DNA of 64,000 nt. Source: Octopus sinensis (taxonomy: Eukaryota). The notes beneath the pieces are model-generated. The model was not told the origin of the DNA. It did not search any database and was given only the letters and a program-made list of their open reading frames with translations. The position numbers and the translations under genes were made by a program. The stretch lies in assembly GCF_006345805.1 (NCBI RefSeq), contig NC_042999.1, forward strand, positions 138,446,001 to 138,510,000, written 5' to 3'. Below are positions 35,813 through 48,183 of this stretch, in pieces; the stretch's first letter is position 1; every line of letters starts with the position of its first letter.

Positions 35813-37719
35813 CACACACACACATACACACACACACGAAATTCGCTTGCTCCATTCATTATTTTAACAGATATGACGCCTGTTTTTTCGTTGCTTTTGT
35901 GCAGAAATTTAAAAAAATCCATCTGTTTTGCAATTGAGGTATGAAATCACTTTGTAGATGCTTGCTGGTCGTACGTTTTTATTCATTTAGCGGCATAACT
36001 TTCTAATTTTGTAGGAATTTAAGTATTACTAACTCAGTACTTAAAATATGTTTTAAAAAGTTGACTTAAAGCTAATGTTAACAGAAATGAGTCGACTAAC
36101 AAGTGATTTAACTAGTTTTGTAATTTGATGTAGAATGACAATTTTTGTGTTCAGTAATAAAAATACAATCCGTCTTAAGTTTGTACTGCAAAAGAATTTG
36201 CTAATGCTTAAAAAAAATATTTTTAGTGAAGACGAAAAATTTTTTCTTCACTCAATTTACAGCTATTATAGAGGCTTGATTTACCAGTAGAACCTTCTAC
36301 ATTTACGAGAATTTATGAGATTGTAAAGCTACGATTTATCTATTCAATACCAATTAATTTTCCTGCTATTAAATAAGCCCGTGCACCTAAAACCTAATGA
36401 TTCCATTTTTTTAATATTCAACGAATAGCTTGTTTTATACAAATTGTGCGCTGTAAAAATGTTTAACCAAAATTTCTTAAAGAATATAAATAAATAAACA
36501 TGTTAAATATGTTACATATCACATGTCAAGTTAATATTGGCACCGTTGGTTACTTCGATTAAAGATATTCTATATGCGGTCCATACAAAAAGAAATTAAA
36601 GGAAGGATGTTATTTTTACGAAAATAGATTTGCATGATAAAATTTCATCACCCATTTATTTTCAAAGTTTGAACAACTCTTATAGAAGTATGATTTAATT
36701 ATAGATATTCTTTTAAATTAGTATTATTGCAAATGCTGTAGGTTTGGTTGTGAAATCACGAGCTTTATTTTAAGTGTTTGACCACATGGGTGGGTGTGGA
36801 GGATTTTGCAGTCTGATATTGTCTTTTCAATGCACACTAGAATGTTTGAAACTGTATGTAGTTTAGGAAATTATAGATGGCTTGGTTTAGAAGCATAAAT
36901 CTGCCAGTCGATGACCTGGTGGAGTTTCTTCGAGAAGAAACTGAATTTAAGCAACAAGTGAACTCTAAAGAAGAGGACTAAAATATAAAAGAGGTATATC
37001 AGGACTGCAGAAGTTGTGTGTGTGTTTCTGCTGTGAACTCACACTGAGAAAACGCATCACCTTATCCTGAAGGATGCTGGGTAAGGTATAAAAAAAAAGG
37101 TTGCAATTCTTTTGAACTACCCAAATCAGAAGAACAATCTGCTACGATCAGTTGTGAAAATTCTTTTTAAAAAATGGTCCAAGGACCTTCTATTGTTTCT
37201 TCTTCTATAGCAGATGGTCTTTATGATCTCTTGTAAAAGAAAGCAGATTTCCTATCGGATTCTTTACTTTTTTTCAATAATTTTCTTCTCAGTTCAATAC
37301 TCCACCCCACCACACCTTGCTGTCTCTTCGTTTTGGCTGAACCACCTGCCAGTATCAAGTAAGAAATTGTGCGATTTTGTAATTGCTAATTTGTAACTTT
37401 TCATTGTTCATTTGAAAGCGTTTTAAAAACAAACCTAAGTATTACAAAAGCAATAGCCTATTAGAGGAGTTCGAGACAACTATAAAAATTAGAAATCGAT
37501 TTCCCCAAAGTATCACAATATTTTAAAAAACATCTTTGAGAACTGGAAAAGTCCTGACATTAAAAACATCCAAAACTATTACCATTTAACATACTGTACT
37601 CTCAAGTACTATCTTGTCCTCTAACACCATCAGCTTACACTCAAAGATCTGGCTCCATAATAGCATAGTTCTACCAACAGTTTTCTTGTTAGTGAGATAT
37701 GGAATAGCATCGTGAAAAT

Positions 37720-38030
37720 AGACAACAAGCTAGATGTTATCCATCAAAGATGCTTGAGGAGGTTTCTGAGAACGTACTAGCAAGACCATGTAACCAATGA
37801 AGACGTTCCAGAAAAGACGACTCAAGACCGATTAGCGAAATCATCACGAAACAAAGATTGGAACTAGGTGGTCGTATACTTCGGTTACCAGAACAACGCC
37901 GTTCTAAAACAACTTTTAAATGGACACCACCAAAAGACAAAAAAGAGAGATGAAACCGAAAACTACATTGCACAGAACATTCATAACCGACATAAGAAAG
38001 GCTAATATTGTATAGGCGGATTTAGAGAAA
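37720..38030 (+). pseudogene. RTE-clade LINE 3' relic, related to 34780-35225
   Basis: KLDVIHQRCLRRFLRTY*QDHVTNED, RLELGGRILRLPEQR and KWTPPK. Confidence 0.7.
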
Positions 38031-38289
38031 ACTGATTCACCTGAAGCTATTGGCGTCATCTTGCCGGCAATGCGCTCGAGAGCACAAGAACTGATACTAT
38101 CAAGTCACGGCCTTCTTCAACACACTATTCAGTAACTTACATTAAGTGGTAGGACACAAATGATCTTCAAGAAAAGACCCACAAATTTCCCGTTATCACC
38201 CCGTCACCTGTCTGCCTGTAATCTATAAACCGCTTTCCAAAATAATATTAACACTGTATTTCAAAATTTACATCAAAACAATATAATAG

Positions 38290-39090
38290 AAGGGAAATAT
38301 AACAATCGACTAGTTCATTATTAATAAGATGATACTTAATGATACCAATGTACGATAAAAGAAATTCTCGCTTGCATGGATCGATTCCATAAAGGTTTAT
38401 ATAGTGACTGACTTATAAAAATACAAGGACAAATTTGGCGACATGCAGTTGAATATCTTTAAAACAACAATGAAGAGATGGAAGCTAACTCTTACAATCA
38501 CCAACGACTTCATGAATATACGCTCCGGACTCACAGGGTTAGCTACTAGAATATTCCAAGAGACAGTACATCTGGGCTTCTCTTTATCTTATACTTATTA
38601 CATTCAAGTTGGCTCATTCAAATAGTTAATTTAGGATATTATATAGGGAAGAGAGGAGTGGGCTCTTCTAGTATTTCTTCTTAGTGACTGATCTACTCTT
38701 GAGCACCGCAAACAGTTCTGCAGTTTCCTCAGTATTGTCAAGCAGTTTAACGAGCAGAAGAAATGACAATGAGCGAAGCAGATTTGTTAGTGGAACTGAT
38801 GATTTGAGACTCCAGGAGTGGGTGGTAATAAAGGAACTGAAACTGTTCACATTCTACAAATATTTGAACTTAGCTGCTTGTAAAATCAATACCAATAATT
38901 CTCTCTTGCCAGCAGCACATTTTCTGTATCAGTTATATCATCATAGGTCTATGGTATCTGACTGGAACGTAGCGGAGCTAAATTCCGTAGACTAGGATAC
39001 GAGAAAACTATTAAAGAAAACTCCTCCTAATGTATAATAATCTAGCAGCCACGACTGTACATATCTAGAAGAGAGGGACAAAGTAAACTA
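38290..39090 (+). pseudogene. R4/Dong-like reverse transcriptase relic
   Basis: LAWIDSIK (motif A, compare AWIDYKKAYD), RIFQ.T (compare GIFQGD), FYKYL, DWNVAELNSVD*DTRKLL and RLYISRREG. Confidence 0.65.
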
Positions 39091-39413
39091 AAGAGATAGT
39101 AAGTGGAAATGGGGTGGTACGCAGGGACACGGAAGTTCCACTAATTTTGAGTGCAGAAGTTGAGCGCTTAGACCTTAACATACCCCTGGTTCCTGCTCAA
39201 GGAACCAGGCAGTCATTAGTCATTTTAGTAGGCAGTCATTAATGTTATCCACTATCTTTCCAACTCAACAAGAAGGCTCTTTACATGCTTTGCTTATTAT
39301 AACAAAAAGGGTAGCAAATTGATTATATCCGCTGCAACAAAATTTTCACAAGTGTTAGTTTAGGCTTCCAGCAGTTAAATTCTGAAAATGAAGCGACATC
39401 ATAACAGACATAC

Positions 39414-39479
39414 TTTGTATTTGTAAGACCCCCAAACTCATGGTATGGCGCCTCACAGCATGCATCCCAGGAAATGTCG
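39414..39479 (-). other. Candidate 66-nt internal exon
   Basis: Acceptor ...ttacccgtctctacAG| and donor |GTATGT. Two open phases (DISWDACCEAPYHEFGGLTNT or TFPGMHAVRRHTMSLGVLQIQ). No repeat similarity noticed. Confidence 0.3.
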
Positions 39480-40343
39480 CTGTAGAGACGGGTAATTTGA
39501 TAAATGATACACAAAATCGGCGACCATTAAATTTATGGTAACATTTTCACGAATTGAATGTTCGTTATATAAACGAAGAAAATATAAATTATATCGGCAG
39601 AAAGAGCCGTAGAAAGTTTCGCGACGAATTACAAGACTCAAACATTTGAACCAACAACGTCCTTCGTTATTGATATTGTCAGTAATTTAGTTTGCGTTAA
39701 ATGCGAGTTATTTTCAACAGATAATATAACACGATGAATCGAAAATATTCAAAGTAAGAAGTTGTTATCACTGTCGATGTAGTGGCGGTGACGGCAACCG
39801 TAGTAGTTTAGTATTTCTTTACACTCAACAGCCCAACTCGTTACAGTTTCTAAAATAAACCCGTTCCTCTTATACATCAAGTATTTACTTTTAAAGAGTC
39901 ACCTATCAATTTCTATTATTAAAAGATGTTACTAAAAATAAGAGATCCTCTGGCAAACACGTACATGCAAACACACAAACGTCATTCACACAATCATATA
40001 TGTGTGGTACTTAAATGTACAGTCATGCTGGGAGACACTCAAGCCCATTTTTGATTTAAACAAATATTTTTACATCTTCAAAACACAACAAATGCGCATA
40101 CACTCAATCGCTGACGCACAGACTCTAACAGAAACAACAGAATGAATACAAACAGATAGTTGCACAATTTCAACAAACACATGTAGAGAGATACACATCC
40201 TCCTTCTCTTGTAGCTATTCCATTTGCCCAAAGGCAATATGATACTTTAAAATAATTTGAATTTTCAGAATATATGTACACACATACACAACACATACAT
40301 ACATACATACATACATACATAACATACATACATACATACATAT

Positions 40344-40421
<78 letters not shown>

Positions 40422-41339
40422 TGTAAACTTAGCATTATACGCGTAAACACCCTCTTCTACAAACTAGGTGATGTTTAGCCTGTACCACAGATCCTAAACT
40501 ATTATCTGATTCTCGAAGCCTGTAAGCATTTAAGCCTCCCAAATTGTAGTTGATAACTTTTAGTCTCAAACCAAAATAATATCTTCCACCTTCGAGACGT
40601 TTTCCTTTCTTGCCTTTGTAAATCATTTTGGTTGATAGGATAAGTGAAGCCTAGAATTTGTAGCGATGTTAGTTCAGAATGCGCGTTTTTCATGTTTTGA
40701 GAGAAAGATTATTTGAAATCTCCTACCATGGAATCATTACTTAATTAGCGTGAGATGTGTTGGCTTCGTGTGTGTGATGCCTTGATACAAGATTTTAGGG
40801 AGGAATAAATAATTAGGGATAAATAAATAAATATCTGTGTAGGTGATGTACATAGAAAGAATTGCCCAGGGAACAAACTTGAACCTTGGGAACAACAGAG
40901 TTGATAGTATGGTTCTGAGAGAGCTCTATCTGTACATTCTGAAACGTTATGATATAACTGGAAGCAACCAATCTAAAAGAGTGCAGATGGGTGGGTCCCA
41001 TTGGCAGGCAAATTTACTAGACTAAATTTCCTGCCAGATACAGTAAAAAATCAAAACTATGTATTACATGTTCTTGAGTTAAGGAATGATTTCTTTTATT
41101 GCTATAAAATTACCAAAAATAGTCCTTCTGTTGGTTATATGTGTAAATTAACTTTTACAGTCTTGAACTTCATTGACAGCTAAATTATTTCACGACAAAA
41201 CAACTACACCAAGAAACAATATTTGTCAGGTACAAGAGGAGTGTCAGGTACAAGAGGAGGGAAATGCGATGAGTGTAATGTTATTTCAAAAGTATGAACA
41301 CTGCACCAAATAACATGAACATTTTTGTAAAACAGAACT

Positions 41340-41520
41340 ACCTATAACAAGGATGGCTACATGTCACAACAGATCAACTTCTCATTAACAAAACTGTGCT
41401 ATCAGAGATACAGCAGTATAAGAGGTAATTAATTACAGTTTGGTTAGATTAAAAGGAAGTGGTCAACCCTGTTCCTCAATCGTAAATGCTAGAGACCCTT
41501 CACTTGCTTTATTTCAAGAG
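41340..41520 (+). pseudogene. Second R4/Dong-like RT fragment
   Basis: DQLLINKTVLSEIQQYKR*LITVWLD*KEVVNPVPQS*MLE, compare DQLLINK..WIDYKKAFDSVPHSWI. Confidence 0.55.
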
Positions 41521-42256
41521 ACCTTTATCAGAGCCATAAATAACCTGATTTCATCCTGATTTCATCCTAGAGTCAAATAAATATAGTAATTTATTGTCGC
41601 TGATAGGATTCAGTTTGACAGGAATAAATTTCATGGAGACGATATCTCTGTGATGATGTTTATATTTCCAGCTCACCGTTTTCCTTTTTGCTGAGGAAAT
41701 GTAAAGAATACACAAATTGCTCGTTGTGGACTTCTTAAGAATATGCTCAATAATATGAATAGTATGAAGACGAGCTGAGACTGAGAGTGCCAAAATATAA
41801 CTAAGTGGAATTTTGGGAGGATAAATATTTCTGCGTGACTGAAAATCGAGGGATATCTACAAGCTAGTCTAGCAACATCACTATCAATGGCTTAACTATT
41901 TTCCCGGCATCTGTAAACAATAACACAGATGAAAATAAGTGCTCAACACCGCATTGATGGATATAATTTCTTTATTTGTGAATTACAGCTACCATTGGTT
42001 TCATGTTCAGAAAAGTAGGAAAATATCCTAATGTCTTAACAATTTTTCAAGCCGATCATATGGAGAAAGGTGTTCGCCTCCATTTTGGAAAACATAATCT
42101 CGTTTAGTTTGCGAAGATTCTCGTGAATAGAAGAATGTGTAGCAATATTGTTTTCTTCATTGCTATCTTCACTGTTTGAGAAAAATATTAAGAATGATCT
42201 CGTTTGAGATTACAAACATCTTTGGCTAGTTTAACCTTGTTGTGTCCACTGATTTG

Positions 42257-42400
42257 ATTGGTTAGCATCTAAGCGTGGTCTGTCTCAACCTATTTCGCGC
42301 CAGTGTGTAAACTGACCAATCACGGCTTTCGGATAGGACTTTTCATTTGAGCCATCTTAACTCTTTAAATAGGCTGATATATCACGATTCACTGTCTTTT
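42257..42400 (+). promoter_or_regulatory. Candidate RNA polymerase II promoter (two CCAAT boxes, E2F-like site, TATA-like box, Inr-like motif)
   Basis: ATTGG at 42257, TTTCGCGC at 42293, GACCAATCAC at 42314, TTTAAATA at 42364 and TCACTG with A at 42391. Confidence 0.3.
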
Positions 42401-43345
42401 GGCTAAAGACCTTTTAAGGTCTTGGTCGGAGACCACACAGAGCTTATTCAACCATGTTCCAGTTCGAAAGGCAGACGACAGCCAAGCCAAACATAATAGG
42501 AAGACGCTATTGTAAACCAGCGACAGACATAACGTCATCACCAACATCGTCTCCATCTGCGAAGATTTCAACTTGTACACAAGATAAATACAGATTCAAC
42601 TCATGCTGTTAGTGTGAAAATCTCACCACGGAAAAACAGTTGCAGTATATATATCTGAAAGAATATCTATATCAAGAGAAAAATATGCACAACAAGTGAC
42701 CCAACTAATCTCGGCTCCGAGACTCAAATCTTGTATAGAACTCATTATCGTGTACTACATGAACTGGTAAAATAACTTCATTTAACTCAAAATGTTGAGA
42801 CTTCTCTTATGCTCTGTTGTATTTGCATAAACCTTATTCTGTACTTCTGTTGCACACACGAACACACGGACACAAAAAATATTATAAGCATGCATTCATG
42901 ACACAACACTACGCTAATAATAACAAATCATTTTGTACACTGTGAATAAAATCTATCTTCTCTTTATAAAAGTAGAACGGTTTTGGAGTCCTTATTTCAT
43001 ATACTTTGGCACTGTTTATAAACATGTATTATGGCTTATATAATATTATATTATATTAATTATATTATGTAATGTTGGAATGCGGCCGGACGCCGAACAA
43101 GAGGAGAAATATGTAACCTAAACTCCTCACGTACGGTCGTTTTCTAACAAATGAATTAAGAACCGTTATTTTCAGGTGGCATTTTTTGAATGTTAGTCTT
43201 CCTTGGATTTGTCTTTTAGGCAAGCTGTTTTGTGGTCAATTGGTTTACCTTATTTTGATTTTGTTCTGGAGGTAGTTCGTCGTTGGGACATATTTCTTCT
43301 GCATGTGGAGTTTGTGTGCTATGTGTGTTCAGATTTCGCGTCCAG

Positions 43346-43404
<59 letters not shown>

Positions 43405-43786
43405 CAACTTATAAACAAGGACAAAAGAAAAATTATTTCCATGCCAATATGCTGATAATAGAAATTTAAGTCGTCAATTTCCACATATCATTATACACTC
43501 ACTATAAATACACGTCGTGCTGAAATCAGGAAAGCTAGTCAACAGAATTTTTAAAAAAAGAGTTCGTTATTTCTATATTGAATCAATTTCGGGATTAATC
43601 CCATGGAGTTTTTCCTCATCAGTAGAAAATACGATAAGAAATAAATGAAATACTTACACGCATCCATGGAAAAAAGCAGAAGCAAAAGTCATGAGTACAC
43701 CTAAATATAAAATCCTTTAACTAGCCTCAGCACACGTGTGAACTATTCCAAACCACAGTTTATAGTAGTTACCAGTCCCTAAGTGA

Positions 43787-44432
43787 ATGGTGATAAATCT
43801 ACTATTAATATAGGATGAAATTGTTTTCATAAAAAAATTTCATCAAAAAAAAGGAGAAACATCGGCACCCCAGGCTAAAGAAGGTCGTCTTCTCCCACGT
43901 AAGATACTCTTGCCTGTTTGGTGGAATATGAAAAGTTTAGTCTACTTTGAACTTTTAAACCGAAACCAAATGATAACAAATGAGATCTGCTGCGAGCATC
44001 TGGAGCGCCTTAAGTCAGCACTAGAAGAAAAACGACTATCTTTGGTGTCAAGACAAAAGGTGTTCTTCAATAAGTATTATGCTCAGCAACATACAGCGAG
44101 GATGGCATTTCAAAGGCTGGAGCAGTTTGAATGGGAAATGGTGCCACCACTCTATATTCGCTGGACATTACCCCCATCTGAATATCATTTATTCTTCAAA
44201 ATCATTTAGACAGAAAAATTATGAATTCTGTAGACTAGGTCAGGACAGTACTGGAGGAATATTTTCGTCATGGACAAGTGAATTTTGGAATAGGGGCCTT
44301 GCAAGTCTACCAGATAGATGGAAGAGCATTGTAGAAAATTTAAGAGAGTATATTTTAGATTAAAAAAGAACTTTATCTTAATTTTGAAAAATAAAATTAT
44401 AAAAAAACCGTATTATTTATGGGATGACCCAA
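43787..44432 (+). mobile_element. 5'-truncated mariner (different subfamily from 30582)
   Basis: VWWNMKSLVYFELL, a decayed YSPD-like region and RWKSIVE. The right end is attatttatgggatgacccaa|TA. Confidence 0.8.
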
Positions 44433-44725
44433 TATATCTTCGCTGACTCCGCTTAGGGTGTCTCTCTGCTATTCCAAGAAAAGCTAAAAAAAGTAACCAA
44501 ACTTTCTCACTCAAATCACATCCTACCGTCTTAAAAAACGGAAGTGCACATTATACAATCTATTCTTGGATGTATAAAAAATGGGAACATACCATAACGG
44601 CTGAAATTGCTTCGATCATAAATTAACTCTATCGGGTTTAAGCTAGGGTTAAACAACAATGTCAACAACATTATCAAAGAGCAGAAAGCTTAACGGATAG
44701 TGAAAATCTTCGAATCAGAATATAT

Positions 44726-44950
44726 ATTTCTTTACTGCCCTCAAGGGGCTAAACATAGAGGGGACAAACAAGGGCAGACAAAAGGATTAAGTCGATTACA
44801 TCGACCCAGTGCAAAACTGGTACTTTATTTATCGACCCCGAGAGGATGAAAGGCAAAGTCGACCTCGGCGGAATTTGAACTCAGAACGTAACGGCAGACG
44901 AAATACGGCTATGCATTTCGCCCGGTGTGCTAACGATTCTGCCAGCTCGC
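44726..44950 (-). mobile_element. SINE-C, full length, with a Tx1-like 3' tail
   Basis: Head gcgagctggcagaatcgttagcacaccgggcgaaatgc...gagttcaaattcc; tail TTGTCCCCTCTATGTTTAGCCCCTTGAGGGCAGTAAAGAAAT. Confidence 0.9.
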
Positions 44951-45289
44951 AACCAATATAGGATATAGTTTATGAACTCAACTCCAAGCGCACATGTCAA
45001 CGGTGGCCCAGAACTTGATATCAGTCAACAGAAGTAACTATCCTCTGTTCAAGAGTTGGACGTCAGTTCAAGTACTTCAATTATCTATCAGCACAGTTTT
45101 TGCTGCCGTTATTGTTGTTGTTGTTGTTGTTGTTAATGATGATGATGTAGTGGTTATCGCATTTGTTGTTATTGATAATGATGACGATGTAGTGGTTATC
45201 TCTTGTTCCTGTTTTCAAGTGTTTATTCCGTTGTTATTTTCGTCGTTTTGGTAGCAGTCGTTCCCGTCGTAGATGCTGAGGTTATTTTC

Positions 45290-45441
45290 GTTTGGTCGTA
45301 AGGAACAAGAGGAAGAGGAGAAGGGAAGAAGAAGAAGAAGAAGAAGAAGAAGAAGAAAAAGAAGAAGAAGAAGAAAAAAAAAACAACAACAACAACAAGA
45401 ACTACTACTTCTACTACTACTACTACTACAGCAACAGCAGT
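45290..45441. repeat. Compound (GAA)n-(CAA)n-(CTA)n microsatellite
   Basis: Direct inspection. Confidence 0.9.
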
Positions 45442-45815
45442 GGAGGCGCAATGGCCCAATGGTTAGGGCAGTGGACTCGTGGTCGGAGGATCGCGGTTTC
45501 TATTCCCAGACCGGGCGTTGTGTATGTTTATTGAGCGAAAACACCTAAAGCTCCACGATGCTCCGGCAGGGGGTGGTGGCGACACCTGTTGTACTCTTTC
45601 GCTGCAACTTTCTCTCACTCTTTCTTCCTGTTTCTTATCCCCGACTTCCTACGCAACCGCTGAGCCTGGATGCACATTCATCCATCCGTCGATGCTCTCG
45701 GTGTCGGGGTTGACCTGCTTTCTCTTCTGCGGGTCTTACGAACAGCAAAGGACCACGTTTCGGACTTCTCCCACTCTGGGACGAAGACCGCTTCGCTCAA
45801 CAAACAAACAAACAA
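45442..45815 (+). mobile_element. SINE-A copy with an alternative 3' half ending in (CAAA)n
   Basis: The first ~190 nt match 5809-6005; the sequences then diverge. Confidence 0.85.
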
Positions 45816-47518
45816 ACAGCAACAGCAATAGCAGCAGCAACAACAACGACGAATTCAACAGCGGCGGTGGCGGCGGCAGCGCTGACGATGATGACAACGT
45901 CATCAACAACGACCGATTCCTATGTTTGATAGTTTTGAGACTATAGCGATTAATATCATGTCACAGATGAAAATGAACTGGTAGGACCTAAACACTTCGT
46001 TTTGACACATCTATCAGAAAATTCTGTCACGATGATGTTAATTTTTACAGACGTACTGCTTACATCAATAAACTCATACATTTCTAATGGACCTATAAGA
46101 ATACAGTTGGACTGAGCTAGTGAGAGTTCAGCATCCTTAACTTCATTTACTTAGCGGAAGTCGTTGTTCTGATGTTTTTGATTGATGGTTTTACTGTTAA
46201 TATTACTGGATGATTTTTTTTTTTTTTGTGGCTTAGTCAGTTTTGCTCCTGACCTCCGCAGTCTCTCTACAGTGTTTAGTTCAGGGCTTGGATAGTTAGA
46301 CGCAATATGGTATACGAAAGAAGAGAAAATGTGTGTATTGGAAGTGCCCTAGTGGACCTCGTATGCAACTATCTGGTTCAGAGAAGCAGAAGCCGTTGTA
46401 ACAGCAAAAAAATAGCAGAGTGAGAAGACAACAAAGTATGTAGTTGAGTGAGACTTTGATAATGTCTAGGATTTTGAGTTTAACAACAACACCGTCCTCC
46501 ACGTGGGACTAATATTCAATTATGCACCTTCATTGAATTTTGTAGAGGGTCAGCACTTGATAAGAACTGAAGAATTTTCTTGCTCTTAGAATTCAGCCGA
46601 GTCTTCTGGACAGAGTTTTAGCTATGTAATATATGTAGGAACTTCGGAAAAAGCCCTTAGAGATTATGAGGCCGAAAAATTGTGCCACTTTTGAGGATTG
46701 TAAATGTTTGTTGCTCAAGATTAACGAAGGTGAGATGTGATATAGACAGAGTAACCTATAGCTTATCTTGGGCAGCCCTCAGCTGGTCAGAACACAGCTG
46801 ATTTCTTCCTGTAAGAATGAGAGAAGTGACAACCTCAGCTCGGGACCAGTAATTTATTTCTCGAAATACAAAATTGACTTCGGATGGATTTTAACTAACA
46901 TCGCAGAAAGCCGGAATGAATATCACAAGGCTTTCTTTCTGATATTCTGACAATTCTACCAATTCGTCATCGATAATCCTTTATAGATTGTACAAAAATA
47001 CGCTAGACTTGTTGTAGCTGGAACAACTTTCATCGAAATCTACTTGATTGGAGCTGTTTTAGGAAATAGAAAAATACAGCAACAAAAGGGAGTTAACAGT
47101 TACATAAATAACATTAGCCACAAACTGAACATTATCAGCAAACAACAGCAACGTCATCAACGACGGCGACGATGACGATACGACCCCGATGACGAGAAGG
47201 ACAGCAACAAAAGGACGTTAGCATTAACATTTTTAACAACATCAGTCAATTGAATGTTATCAGCAACAACAATAACAACTACAAGTAGGGCATTATCAAT
47301 ATCAGCACGGATACTGTGGCTGGTAAACGACATGGAAAAGGACATGAACGCCCGTCGCACGTCAAGGTCGTTAGTACCAGTATAATGATCACCGTCATCA
47401 ACATCAAGACCAGCGTCAATCATAAACATTCTCAGGGTTATCGACTTATTTACCTACTTACCACCTACTTACATGTCATCATCAGGATCACGACTATACT
47501 ACTACTACTACTACTACT

Positions 47519-47559
<41 letters not shown>

Positions 47560-47562
47560 TAC

Positions 47563-47985
47563 TACTCTTTACTCTTTACTCTTTTACTTGTTTCAGTCAT
47601 TTGACTGCGGCCATGCTGGAGCACCACCTTTAATCGAGCAACTCGACCCGGGACTTATTCTTTGTAAGCCCAGTACTTATTCTATCGGTCTCTTTTGCCG
47701 AACCGCTAAGTGACGGGGACATAAACACACCAGCATCGGTTGTCAAGCAATGCTAGGGGGACAAACACAGACACACAAACACACACGCACATATATATAT
47801 ATATATTTATATACATATATACGACGGGCTTCTTTCAGTTTCCGTCTACCAAATCCACTCACAAGGCTTTGGTCGGCCCGTGGCTATAGTAGAAAACACT
47901 TGCCCAAGGTGCCACGCAGTGGGACTGAACCCGGACCCATGTGGTTGGTAAGCAAGCTACTTACCACACAGCCACTCCTGCGCCT
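47563..47985 (-). mobile_element. SINE-B, full length
   Basis: Reverse complement of 6937-7348 with few differences. Confidence 0.92.
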
Positions 47986-48003
47986 ACTGATATTGATAAT
48001 GCC

Positions 48004-48183
<180 letters not shown>

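Noticed and set aside
22566-35922. Dozens of track ORFs rich in YI, CV, HT, poly-L, poly-V or poly-S (also at 8270-8941, 45215-45548, 47750-48352 and 52199-53232)
   Set aside because: They are translations of (TA)n, (CA)n, (TACA)n and trinucleotide microsatellites, with no domain content.
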